64,000 nt of DNA from Mobula hypostoma (GCF_963921235.1 NC_086097.1:185010001-185074000); one strand, 5' to 3'. Counted from the first letter of the stretch, positions 11,419 to 24,140 are shown. Notes: generated from the letters alone by a model not told the origin. Numbers and translations are program-made.

Positions 11419-12782
11419 ATTCATTTTAATAGAGTTAATTCGGCCAGTCAAGGATAATGAAAAAGGCGACCAGTTTGATAGTGTCCTTTTTACGAAATTC
11501 AGTAAGGTAAGAAAATTTTCATTAAGTAGGTATTTATAATTCTTGGTAATTGTTACACCCAAATAGATTGATTTCTTACAATTTTAAAAGGAAGGTTAGT
11601 GTTAATTGATAACAAATTATTGAGAGGAAAAAGTTCACTCTTATGTAAATTCAGTTTGTGATCTGAAAACTGGCTAAAACAAGAAAGCACAGGAGGTAAT
11701 GAAGTCTCGGCATTAGAAATAAAAAGCAATAGGTCATCAGCACAAAGTGAAACTTTATGAACAGTCCCTCTCCGTAGAATACCAGTAATATCATTAGATT
11801 CTTGAAAAGCAATGGCTAAGGGTTCTAAAGCCAAGTCAAAGAGCAAAGCGCTCAAGGGACAACCTTGTCTAGTTCCACGTTGAAGTTTAAGAGGTTTGGA
11901 ATACTGAAAATTGGTAAGGACCCTAGCAGAAGGAGATAGATAAAGTAATTTAAATCATTGAATAACATCAGGCCCAAAATTAAATTTTTCTGAAGTTTTA
12001 AATAAATAATTCCTTTCAACCTGATCAAAAGCCTTCTCAGTGTCCAAAGAAATCACACATTCCGATATCTCCTTAGAAGGAGAATAAACGACGTTTAATA
12101 ACCGACGAATATTAAAGTGGGAGTCGATTTTTAATAAATCCCGTCTGATCATCAGAAATGATCATCATCAGATAGTAAAATATTTTCAATTCTACGGGCC
12201 AGAACTTGAGATAGGATTTTAGTATCAACATTAAGTAAAGAGTTTGGTCTGTATGAAGAGCATTCAGTTGGGTTTTTTAAGAATAAGCGAAATAGAAGCT
12301 TCATAAAAAGATTGTGGCAACCTACCCAACTTAAAGGAGTCTGAAAAAAAGATGCACGTAAATGAGGTATAAGCAGTGAGGAAAAAGCCTTATAAAATTC
12401 TGCAGAAAATCCATCAAGACCTGGAGCCTTCCCCGAGTGCAAGGAACATACAGCCTCGGCAATTTCCTCATACGAAATAGATTGATCCAATTGTTTTCGG
12501 TTATCAACAGAAAGTGTAGGAGTGTTTAATCGGTCTAAAAATTATTCATTACAGTGTTATCTTTGGGAAGGTCAGAACTAATGTTTAGAATAAAATTCTT
12601 TAAAAATGTTGTTTATTTCTAAATAGTCAGTTGTCCTATCACCATTGGCTTTACAAATTTCTTTAATTTGCCTTTTAGCTGTAAAGGTTTTTAATTGGTT
12701 AGCCAATAATTTACCTGTTTTGTCTCCATGGATATAGAATTGACTGTTATCTTTTAAAAGTTGAGTTTCAATTGGATATGTT

Positions 12783-13950
12783 CTTCATCTTTTTCAATAT
12801 TTTATTGATTTCTATATAGAAGAATACAGAGTCCAAGAGAATACATATTATAAAACAAAAGAAAAAATATAATACCAGATACAGTATATTGAATCACATT
12901 AACGAACTCCTTACCCTATATTCATATAGATTAGATTAATTTGTACATTAGAATATAAACAGCTTTATAAATGTTCGATACCCACTACCAAAGTCGAAGC
13001 TGTTTGGGGGCGGGGGGGGGAGAAAAAAAACCTTATCAGATAATAAAATATGCCATTAACCAACTTCTGTACTTTAATGAGAAGTCTAAAAGATTATGAA
13101 AATAGTTTAAAATGGCCCCCACAAATTTTGAAAATCTTGGTTAGATTTGGAATTGAACAACAAATCTTTTCTAAATTTAGGCATGCCATAACATCCCGTA
13201 ACCACAGAGCATGGTTAGGCGGAACAGCATCCTTCCATTTAAACAAATGCGCCCTCCTAGCCATAAGAGAGATAAAAGCCAGAATGTGCAAATCAGATGT
13301 CTTCAAGATGATATCTTTCCTTCCAACAATACTAAATAGGGCAGTCAAAGAATTAGGCTTAAAATTTACTTTAAAGAGTACTGAAAAAGTTTGGAATACT
13401 TCCTTCCAATATTTTCCAAGACTTGGACATGTCCAAAACATATGAATAAATGAAGCTTCTCCATTGTTACACCTATCACAGTAGGGAGAGATATCCATGT
13501 AAAAATGAGATAACTTATACTTGGTCATATAAGCCCTATGAACCACTTTAAATTGTAGGAGTAATGGAAGGATTAGGCATTACATGTTTCCAGGATCTGT
13601 TTGTTGGAGGAAGGCTTTCTTTGTTCGAACAATCGTCAACTAAATAGAGTTTACCAAAAACCCATTTTTTTCGGTACTTACAAATTAGAGATTTTCTGCA
13701 ATCTCAATTATATACATTTCCTAATAGTCCTGATAAGAACGTATTAGATGAAATTCTTAATATAAAATCATTTTATAATGGTTCAATATCCAATATTTAT
13801 GATATGTTGTTGGGAATGAGAAATGATTCTTTAGACAAAATCAAAAATCTTTGGAAACAAGATTTACGGACTTCAATTTCTGAAGAAACTTGGAATGAAA
13901 TTTTAAAATTGGTTAATACTTCATCTTTATGTGCTCGTCATTCCCTCCTA
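12783..13950 (-). mobile_element. L1 3' fragment with 5' inversion, nested in the host L1
   Basis: 14-bp TSD CAATTGGATATGTT at 12769-12782 and 13951-13964. 12783-13561 is - strand (LLQFKVVHRAYM... to the 3' end). 13563-13950 is the directly upstream ORF2 segment on the + strand (...THFFRYLQIRDF...LVNTSSLCARHSLL). Confidence 0.9.
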
Positions 13951-15286
13951 CAATTGGATATGTTAAAAGATCATATTTAGTTTGAATTGCAGCATGCCTT
14001 TTATATAAAACAGGATCTGCAGCCAAGGCATATTTTTGGTCTAATTGTTTTAACTGATTAGCTAACTCAATTCTCTCTTTATTAGCTTTTATCTTGACAC
14101 TTGCAGTATAGGAAATAATTTGACCTCTAATAAAAGCCTTAAAGGCATCCCATATGTTAAGACTAGAAGTCTCTTCCAAAGTATTCTCTTCAAAAAAAAG
14201 AATATGTCTCTCCAGAAATTTTAAGAAATCTTTAACAGATAAAGTTAAATTAAAATGCCAAGATCTGTTTATTTGAGGAAGACCAGGGAAGAACACGAGT
14301 AATTCTACCCACCTATGCTTGACACTCCATTGCCAAGAGTCCCCATCAGAAGCTCACTCAGACTAGTCACACAAATACTGTGACATCTCAGAATTTTTCC
14401 ATTATTGTCAAAGCACCAATCAGGAGCAGGGGGGGACGAAAGAGTCTCTGCTTTCCTGGATAAGTGCAGCTCTATCCACACATAATCTTAAAACAACCCA
14501 GGACAAAATGGCTTTCCTTGGTTGCTACCTGCTCCTGCCTGATGTGTACAATCTGCAACGTGTATTGCAGTTATCTGCCAGAGCATCTCTGAGAGTGCCA
14601 CCCACCACAAAAGACCCACAAATGCACCAAATGCTTGAGAACGTGACCACTTCCAGCTTTCCTTTCGGTCATGTATTAAACCCTTTTGGAAGTGTTTCAC
14701 TGTCGACTCCAAATCTTAAAACTTATAATCAAACTAAACTGGGGAAGTACCTTAACCAGAAGGTCATCAGTGATTTAAGACAGTGGCTCACCCCCACTTT
14801 CTCAAGGGCAATTAGAAATGGCCCTTGAACGCTAACCTTCTCAATGCTGCCCACATCTTTTGAGCTAATGAATAAATAAGTATCTATCCCTAAATATTTT
14901 ACTACTTCTTACAGCAGAAATCTACGTACTTACATTAGTCAAGTAATTCTCACATTTTTATTAAGTCAATGAAATGGTACAAAATTATAAAGCAGATAGT
15001 GAATCACTTCCATGAAACATAGCATAATCATCTCTAATAGTGTTAATTTGTGCAATAATCCAGCCTAATAATTAGGTCCTATTAAATATTGCATTCATCA
15101 TTGTCACTTAGCTTTTGTAAGTGAGGAAATTATAATGGATAAAAACAATTGTGGAGGACTGTGCTATACTTGTAATTATGCCAGTTAATTTTAATGAAAG
15201 ATATTTATTGAGTGACTCCTTGTTATTTTGGGCATAATTCTATTGGACAGAATGTGTGAACTTATTAGACATTCCATGTTTTACAG

Positions 15287-15477
15287 AAGAGGCAGTGAAT
15301 GAAGTGAAGCGCCAGGCAATGTCTGAGCTGCAGAAAGCTGTGTCAGAAGCAGAGAGGAAGGCCCATGACATGATTGCTACAGAGAGAGCCAAAATGGAGC
15401 GCACAGTAGCAGATGCGAAAAGACAAGCTGCAGAAGATGCACTCGCAATTATTAACCAGCAGGAGGATTCCAGTGAG
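15287..15477 (+). CDS. RUNX1T1: RUNX1T1 (ETO/MTG8) penultimate coding exon, NHR3 domain
   Basis: Acceptor ttacAG (15281-15286) and donor GT (15478-15479); 191 nt, phase 1 in and phase 0 out. Translates [64 protein letters not shown], nearly identical to the NHR3 region of vertebrate RUNX1T1 as I recall it. Confidence 0.95.
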
Positions 15478-16109
15478 GTAGAATCTCCCGTTATTTCCAA
15501 TTCTTGGTTGCAAAGTCTAATTAGATGTGATGCTGTTTTGAGTACATTAGGGTGCATAAGAACTCTGATTTCAATATATTCCAGTCGTAAGTGCTTTGGG
15601 AAAATGATGGATGATCTTAAATCAGTACAGGATAATTTGGAATGGAGGCATTGAGCACTATAAAGCCATGGTATATAGAAGCAGAATTAGGCCATTCACC
15701 CCATTATGAAATGAGCAGCAGCAGAAGATGGACAGGGCAGGAATGACATTCCTTTTCCCTTGCCTAATAGAGGAACAGTAGTCTAATAATTGAGAGCAGT
15801 CAGACTTCCAATGTGCAGATGCGGGATCTACATGGAGATCCAAGCCAGTGCTTTGCTTTCTTGTTGATGGTCAGCGTAGACATGGCGGATTAAAAAGCCT
15901 TTTTCTCTTTCATTTGATTCAATGACTTTTGCCTCTTTGAAAATGCTTTTGTGTAAAATGAGGTGTTGCCCCGCAAACCTGAGTGTGGCCTCATTGTGGC
16001 AATAGAGAGAAGGCCATGGAATGACATCTCAGAATGGGAATGGAAAGATGAATTGAGATGCATTGATGTAGAGGAGACTCCACCAGCTGCACGAGATGAC
16101 CCCAAGAGA

Positions 16110-16258
16110 TTTGAGGGTGAAATGTCACCTTATCTATTTGGGGCCCTGAATGGTGGTGTGGGGGAGGTGTAAGAGCAGTGTAGCACTTGGCCCACTTGCA
16201 AGGATAAGTGCCAGGAGGGAGATCAGTGGGGAGGGACAAGTGGACAAGGGAGTCATGC
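16110..16258 (-). mobile_element. Penelope-like element ORF fragment (Cys-rich region preceding GIY-YIG)
   Basis: The - strand reads DSLVHLSLPTDLPPGTYPCKWAKCYT...IQGP, resembling the linker between RT and GIY-YIG in vertebrate Penelope elements. Confidence 0.6.
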
Positions 16259-19200
16259 TATATGGCAGTGATAATAAAAGTGATTCAGATTGTATTGAAG
16301 CTAGCAGAAAAATACGAATATCACTGGAATATTGGATACATTTTAACCAAAGGTGTTTTTTTAAAAGACATTATTTTAAATTTCATTTCAGTAATAATAC
16401 ATGTAGTTGTACTCTGAGGTAATTTCTGTAAATAATGGGAACATAAACTGGCGAGCTCAGTTGAGATAGTTGCGTTTTAAGAAAAATGTTAGTAACCACT
16501 GCTAAAATCATCCTTTCAGTGTGTTTTGAAGCTAAGATGTTGAAAAGCCAGCCATCAGCAACAGCAGGGTGCCCAGTAGCTGTTATAGACAGTGCAGGGT
16601 CATTAGGTGCTTAGTGAAAATTAACAATCAGAGTTGTGACTCTCTAATGCTAATGAAGGTTTCTTGTCATGCCTGGAGAATAGTTATCTTCCTTACATTA
16701 GCATTTAATGTGTAGCATATCATTCTGTAGCAGAAGACCTTTAAAATATCAGCTGCCGAAGCATAGGAGTGAAAAAAATTGTTATGTAATATAGCAACTT
16801 GAATCATAATTATTATAACTGAGTATATACACAATGCTTGCACATAAGGTGGTTGCAAAATTGAAACAGTGAACTATTTTAAAGATGCTTTGAATTATTA
16901 CATTGGGCTATGTTTTCAGAGGTTCAGATTCCACACTTGAATTTGTGTCTGTTCAGATTGAGTACAAAACAGCTTTTCCACTTAGGAAAAATAATGGATG
17001 TGAAAATATTGTTATAAATGCACACCATCAATGTATGACAAGGAAAATGGGAATTTTATGGGATGGAACATTTAATCTTGTGTCCTTACCATTAATCTGG
17101 CATTGACACGTGAGGGTATGCATTTAAGGTGAAGGTGTTAGGTTCAGAGGGGCCATGTGGGCCAAGTTTTTATTTACACAGACTGGCGGGTGTCTGGATT
17201 GCACTACCAGGCTGGTAGTGGAGACAAAATATAATACAGGCATTCAGGAGGTGCTCAAGTGGACATGTCGATATGCAGAAAATGGAGAGAGAGATGGATA
17301 TTGTGTAAGCAGAAAGAGATTAGTTTAATTATGCATTTTATTGTGAGTGTAATTAGCCTGGCACAACATTGTCAATCGGAGGGTCCCTTCCTGTGCTGTA
17401 TAGTTCTATGTTGTTCAATGCTAAGTATTTCAAAGTGCCTCATTTCTGGGGGTCAGCTCTGTTGCCACTTCCTGGCAGTCATCCTTTACTGTTGTATCAG
17501 GAAGAAACAACTCTGCCTGTTCTTCTTTTGCACAATTTGTCAAGGATTGAAAAGTATTCTAGAAGCTCAGTCCTCCAAGTGGCCTAAAATCTTGCCAGTC
17601 AATTTAGCGAGGATGTTTATTCTGGCTCAGAATCAGAATCAGCTTTATTATCACTGACATATGCCGTGAAATTTGTTGTTTTGTGGCAGAAGCTTTTTTT
17701 TTGCTTTATACTGTTGCCACTAGAAGAATTTATCTAATTTGCAGTTGTAGGTAGTACACATCTCCTGTAGTAAGGATGTTTAGCGAACCAACCTATTGAT
17801 ACAAATTACAAAGTAGGCATCATGGCAAACAGAAGTGCATAAATTTATGTCATTGGAGCTCTACTCACCCGTTACAGATGGCTTATCCACTGACATGTAA
17901 TAATTATAGAGGATAGGGTGACTTCCATAGATTCATGAAAGATTACAACTCTGTAAAAGAGCATCTGGTCTATTATGACTCTTTGAAAGGGTTGCCATGC
18001 TCAGTCCTACACCCCACTTTTTTCCCCGTGAAAGCTGCTGTTGGTACCATACACTCAGGACGACTCAACTATGACAGCCCCTCTACCTCCACTGCTTGAT
18101 TGGAATTTAAGCTAATTCCCTGCAGTTGAAATCAGACCCATAATACCATCATTGAACTAAAACTAATGTATAGCAAATAATGTCATGCTCTCTGTTTTTA
18201 TGGAAATAAAAATAACTAATATGATCTTCATGGCCAAATTGATCATTAGTTGTAAAATTGTGTTTGACAAGAAAGTCTTGTAAACACTCAGTTGTGTAAC
18301 TGAAATGTTTTATGTTTGTTTTAACAAAATCCCCTTTTATGGATGTGAATGATCCTAGTGTTGATTGAGAACATAACTACTGAAATAGCCTTTATCCATA
18401 GCACAGACTACTGAGATATATCCAGAGTACATCTCCTAAAAGCAGGCACCATCCACAACCAGACTGCAAGGTTGATATAGTTCAAAATAGGAGAAAAGTT
18501 TTCATGAAGGAAGAATTCTTATCTACACTAATTGGCATCTTAAGAGGGGCATTTTGGATAAGAGAGAGGATTTATACTGTATGTCTTAAATGAAATAAGC
18601 AGTGAAAAATAACTTTTTTAGATAGTAGTGAGATAGTGTTCATGGGTTCAATGTCCATTCTGAAATCAGATAGCAGAGGGGAAGAATCTGTTCCTGGATC
18701 ACTGAGTGTGTGCTTTCAGGCTTCTGTACCTCCTTACTGATGGTAGTAATGAGAACAAGGCATGGACTGAACATTTGAGACACTCCCAAGGGGAATTCTG
18801 TGCTTTACATTAGGAGTTGTGAAATGTTTCAGCAGGGTTGCAAAACATAACTCCTTTCCAGCATCCATTTCTGGCATGTATCCCTCTGAAAGTTAGGTTA
18901 ACTGCAGTCACAAATCTTTGGGTATTCATCCTTGCTCAAAAATGATAAATGCTTCTGTGCCATTTCTGAAATCTTTTTTCCTTTGACAGAGTCTGGAAAA
19001 GATTGTTAGTCACTCATCTTTTCACGATATTGACTAGTGATGTCCTGTAAAAGTCTGTGTTTGAGCCACAACTGGTACAGTTGTGAACAAGGGCTGTTAC
19101 CACAACAGCAGTGCTTAAGGGCGACGTCCCTGGAGGAAGATCCAATGGCCTTTATGGGTAGAACATAGGAGCAAAAGGGGGAGTGTCACTCTGGTAGGGC

Positions 19201-19938
19201 TGGATTACAAGCCCTTTACTATCAGTGAGAATTTGAAGAGAAGCTATGTAGAAGATCATTCTTGAAGGTGCCATACTGGATTCAGCACCTAGGTTACAGA
19301 GAAAGGTTGAACAAGTTGGGTCTTTATTCTTTGGAGCATAGAAGGTTGAGGGGGGACTTGATAGAGGTATTTAAAATTATGAGGGGGATAGACAGAGTTG
19401 ACGTGGATAGGCTTTTTCCATTGAGAGTAGGGGAGATTCAAACAAGAGGACATAAGTTGAGAGCTACGGGGCAAAAGTTTAGGGGTAACATGAGGGGGAT
19501 CTTCTTTACTCGGAGAGTGGTAGCTGTGTGGAATGAGCTTCCAGTAGAAGTGGTAGAGGCAGGTTCAATATTGTCATTTAAAGTAAAATTGGATAGCTAC
19601 ATGGACAGGAAAGGAATGGATGGTTATGGGCTGAGTGCAGGTCAGTGGGACTAGGTGAGAGTAAGCATTCGGCACGGACTAGAAGAGCCGAGATGGCCTG
19701 TTTCCGTGCTGTAATTATTATATAGTTATATGGATCTCTGTTCACAAGGCAGGGAAGGTAACTGAGATGGAAGTCAGGGAGCAATTTGGTGCTAGTGACC
19801 ATAATTCTATTAGTTTTAAGATAGCGATGGAATAGGATAGGACAGGTCCGCAGATTAATATCCAAACGTGGAGCAGGGGGACTTGGAATATAGCAGAGGT
19901 TGGTTGAGGCAGCTTATTGAAGGAAAAATTAATGTTTG

Positions 19939-19973
19939 AGTCCTGAAGAAGGGTCTCAGCCTGAAATGTCGAC
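19939..19973 (+). ncRNA. Minimal type I hammerhead ribozyme motif in a Penelope-type repeat (repeat about 19937-20043)
   Basis: AGUC CUGAAGA AGG-GUCUCAG-CCU GAAA U GUC GAC; stem III has U for C (CpG-type change). Confidence 0.6.
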
Positions 19974-20212
19974 AGTTTATTCATTTTCATAGATGCTGCC
20001 TGACCAGCTGGGTTCCTCCAGCATTTTGAGTGTGTATATTGCTTTGAGTGATTGACAAGTTAGAGGATTTTAAGAGTGCGAAATCTAGATTCCAGGGGCA
20101 GCACGTTTCTAATCACAAGGGATTTTGCAGATGCTGGGAATCTTGAACAACACACACACAAAATGTGGAGGAATTCAGCAAGTCATGCAGCATCTATGGA
20201 GGGGAATTAAAC

Positions 20213-20248
20213 AGTCAACGTTTCAGGCCGACAACCTTCATCAGGACT
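20213..20248 (-). ncRNA. Minimal type I hammerhead ribozyme motif in a Penelope-type repeat (repeat about 20113-20250)
   Basis: Sense AGUC CUGAUGA AGG-UUGUCGG-CCU GAAA C GUU GACU: core boxes intact, 4-bp stem I, 3-bp stem II, loopless palindromic ACGU stem III, GUU triplet. Activity untested. Confidence 0.7.
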
Positions 20249-22344
20249 AACAGAATGTTCCTGTTGACAGCTTGTTTCTGCTAGGGTGAAGGATAAACTT
20301 GGGCAAGTTTGGGGAACCTTGGCTGACAAAAGATATTGAGGCTGCGGCCAAAAGAAAAAAGAAGTAAGCATACATTAGGAAGTCGGACTGGCTGAACCAC
20401 CTGATGACTATAAAAAGATTAAGAATACCCTCAAATTGGAAATCGGGGGGGCAAAGAGAGGATGTGAGAGAAATCTGGTAGATAAAGTTAAGGAAAATCC
20501 CAGAGGTTCTATAGATGTACTGATTTAAGAGTAAAATGCTGGTGAAGGATAGAGTAGGAGTGCAGTAGGGCCATAAATAAGTATGTTGAACCACAATTTG
20601 GGTGGGATTTTTAGAAAGGTTTCTGCTGTGTTTACTGAGCAGAAACTCACAGGGGCTTCTGAGATAAGGGAAAGAAACAAGAGATGTATTGTAGAACGTT
20701 CATTCTACCAAGAAGATATTTACAGCCTTATCGTGCATTAACATGGATAAATCCTTGGGGCCTGACCAAGTGTATTCTCAGACTTTGTGGGAGCATAGAG
20801 AAGAAATTGCAGAGGCCTTACAGAGATAATTGCTTCATTATTGGCCACTGGTGATGTTCCTTAGGATAGTAAGTTGGCTCACATCATTCCATTGTAGCAA
20901 GGACAAGCCACGGAACTACAGGCCAGTCTGCATGATATCAGTGGTAAGGAAGATACTGGAGGGAATTAAGGGAGAAGATTTACCAGCATTTGGATAGACA
21001 GAGTCTGATTATGGAGGGTCAGCATGGTTTTTTGTGTGGGAAATCAGTTTTGGTGAATCTCCTGCGATAGATGAGTGCAGAGCAGTGGTTGCTGTCGATT
21101 TGGACTTTACCAAGACCTTTGGAAAGGTCCTGCATTATAACTTTGTTGCAAAGATTAGGCCCCATGGAATCCAGGGAGAGCTAGTTAGGTGGGTTGCAAA
21201 CTGGTTCAGCTGCAGTTTGCAAGGGATGGGTGTTGAAGCGTGTTCCTCAGAATGGAGACTGGTGACTCATGGTGCACTGCAGTGGTCAGTTGTGGGATGA
21301 TAGTTGTTCATTATCCATCTTAATGATTTGTATGTGAAGGCACAAGGCTTGATCAACAAGTTTGCAGATGACACAAAACTAGGAGGTGTTGATAGTAAAG
21401 AAGGTTACCAGAGATTACAGTGGGATCTTGTTCAGTTAGGGAAGTGGGCTGAGGAGTAAAAATGGATTTCAAGACAAATAAGTGTGAGGTGATGTATTTG
21501 GAAAGTCAAAGTAGGACTTCCTCTGTGAAAGGTAGGATATTCAGGAGTGTAATGGAACAGAGGGACTAATGTGTACAAGTACGTAGTTAGTAGAAAGCAT
21601 CATCATGAGTCGACAGGGTGGTGATAAAGGTCATTGGTCATCATCAGTCAGGGCATCACTTACTGGAATAGCGACATTATGTTGTAGTTGTACGAGTTGT
21701 TGGTACTGTGTACATTTTAGGTCACCCTGTTATAGGGAGAGTGCAGAAATAACTTATAAGGATTTTGCTTGAGTTACAGGGAGAGGTTGGCTAGGCTAGG
21801 TCTTTATTTCTTAGAACGTAGGAGAATGATTTTTTTAAATGAATTTTCAGAAGTGTTGAAGATTAAGAGAGTTGGAGATAAGATGGGCAGTAAGACTCTT
21901 TTCCCTGGGGGGAGGGGGTTCCAAAACTAAGGGGCATAGATTTCAGGTGAGAATAGATACAGGTGGTGTGGGGCCTGAAGTTGGAGGAGGTGTTGTAGGC
22001 CATACACAAGAAAATCAGGACTAACTAGCTAGATAACAAGGTAAGCATTGACTCATTAGGGTGAAGGGCCAATATCCATGCACAAAATTCAAAGTAAATT
22101 TATTATCAAAATACATATGTCACCATATATAATCCTAAGACTAATTTCCTTGGGGACCAACTCAGTAAATCAAAGAAACATAATGGAATCAATGAACAAC
22201 CACATCCAACAGGGCAGATAAACAACCAATGTGCAAAAGACAGCAAACTATGCAAATACAAAAGTAAATAAACAAACAAACAAAAAAACAAATAAATAAG
22301 CAAGCAATAGATATCAAGAGCATGAGATGAAGAGTCTTTAGGGA

Positions 22345-24140
22345 GCAGTGTCTCAGAAAGGCAGCATCCATTATTAAGGACCTCCAGCACCCAAGGCATG
22401 CCCTTTTCTCACTGTTAACATCAGGTAGGAGGTACAGAAGCCTGAAGGCACATACTCAGTGATTCAGGAACAGCTTCTTCCCCTCTGCCATCTGATTCCT
22501 AAATGGACACTGAATCTTGGATACTACCTCACTTTTTTTAATATACAGTATTTCTGTTTTTGCACATTTTAAAAATCAATTTAATATACATAATTGATTT
22601 TTGTTTATTATTATTTTTATTTTTTTCCCTCCCTGCTAGATTATGTATTGTATTGAACTGCTGCTGCTAAGTTAACAAATTTCACGTCACATGCCAGTGA
22701 TGATAAACCTGATTCTGATTGCGAGGACGTAGATGTGGGAACAGTTCAGTGGTGGGGCAAGTGAAGATGAATGAGGTTATCCCTTTTGTTTCAAGAGCCT
22801 GATGGTTGAAGGGTAATGTATGTTTCTGAACCTGATGCTGTGGGTCCTGAGGCCCTTGTACCACCTTCATGATGGCAGCAGCAAGAAGAGAGCATGCAGT
22901 GTGTGGTGGGCGTGCTTGGTGATGGATGCTGCTTTCCTGTGATAGCCCTTCGTGTGGATGTGCTTTGCCAGTGATGAACTGGGCCATATCTACTACTTAC
23001 TGTAGGATTTTCTGTTTGGTGCTGCTCTGACGTGGCGGTTTTGTAAAACTCGTGTTCCCCCAACCTTGAATACTAAACAATCAAATGCATCTGTTCTATT
23101 TACCAAGGGAGTTCTCCTCCATAATCCTGACCGCAGTTTACATACCACTAGCAACTGACTATAATCAAGCATTCATGATACTGCATGATGCCATCTCCAA
23201 ACAAGAAACAGACCATCCTGATGCACTTTAAATCATACTCAGGGACTTCAACCAGGCTTTCTTGAAGAAAGCCTTGCCCAATTACATAGAAACATAGAAA
23301 ACCTACAGCACAATACAGGCCCTTCGGAGTCCCTTAAAAGACCCTATTGTTTCTGCCTCCACCACCGCCGCTGGCAGCCCATTCCACGCACTCACCACTC
23401 TCTGCGTAAAAAAACAAACAAACAAACAAACTTACCCCTGACATCTCCTCTGTACCTACTTCCAAGCACCTTAAGACTATTCCCTCTCGTGCAATCCATT
23501 TCAGCCCTGGGGAAAAAGCCTCTGACTATCCACGCTATCAGTGCCTCTCATTATCTTGTACACCTCTATCAGGTCACCTCTCATCCTCCATCACTCCAAG
23601 GAGAAAAGGTCGAGTTCACTCAATCTATTCTCATAAGGCATGCTCCCCAATCCAGGCAACATCCTTGTAAATCTCCTCTGCACCCTTTCTGTTTTCCACA
23701 TCCTTCCTGTAGTGAGGCAACCAGAACTGAGCACAGTACTCCAAATGGGGTCTGACCAGGGTCCTATATAGCTGCAACATTACCTCTCGGCTCTTAAACT
23801 CAATCCCACGATTGATGAAGGCCAATGCTCCGTATGCCTTCTTAACCATAGAGTCAAACTGCGCAGCTGCTTTCAGTGTCCTATGGACCCGGACCCCAGG
23901 ATCCCTCTGATTACAATCAGCATTTAACCTGTAGCACCAGAGGTCCCAACACACTAGACCATTGTTACACTCAGATGACTGTTCCATGTTCCGAATGTAT
24001 TTCAGTAAACAGGATCACTTGGCTGTCCTTCTGCCTGCCTGCATACAGACAGAGGCTAAAGAGCAAAGCTCCAGAGATTGGGACAACAAAGAGGTGATCA
24101 CGGGAGGCAGAGGAGTGGCTATAGGATTGCTTCAAGTTAA
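22345..24140. mobile_element. Cluster of Rex1/Babar LINE fragments in both orientations, interrupted by a CR1 at 23287-23909
   Basis: 22345-22720 (+) reads ALFSLLTSGRRYRSL...RNSFFPSAI with a (CTGATT)n tail; 22720-23030 is a similar fragment on -; 23030-24140 (+) gives EN remnants (YLPREFSSIILTAVYIP, TRGPNTLDHCY). The inner CR1 (-) is flanked by ATTACA at 23281-23286 and 23910-23915. Confidence 0.72.

Larger units (their letters stand above)
4941..14291 (-). mobile_element. Outer (host) L1-clade LINE, 5'-truncated and decayed, split by two nested L1 insertions
   Basis: Exact 15-bp TSD AACACGAGTAATTCT at 4926-4940 and 14292-14306. Broken ORF2 fragments on the - strand (WDAFKAFIRGQIISY, GKAPGLDGF, SLDTEKAFD, LCADDLLL). 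3' end AATAAAAATATTGAAAG near 4941. Confidence 0.93.
19150..22075 (+). mobile_element. Decayed CR1 LINE with nested younger CR1 3' end (about 19265-19732) and Penelope-type repeats
   Basis: YRERLNKLGLYSLEHRRLRGDLIEVFKIM...WNELP; DLDFTKTF; KFADDTK. Boundaries approximate. Confidence 0.8.

Noticed and set aside
15256..15286. N-terminal part of ORF 15256-15654 as a standalone gene start
   Set aside because: Non-ATG start lying in the intron upstream of the AG acceptor; only 15287-15477 matches RUNX1T1.
1..15286. Upstream RUNX1T1 exons (NHR2 and the YVPEEIWKKA exon)
   Set aside because: No matching coding sequence found by eye; probably upstream of the window.
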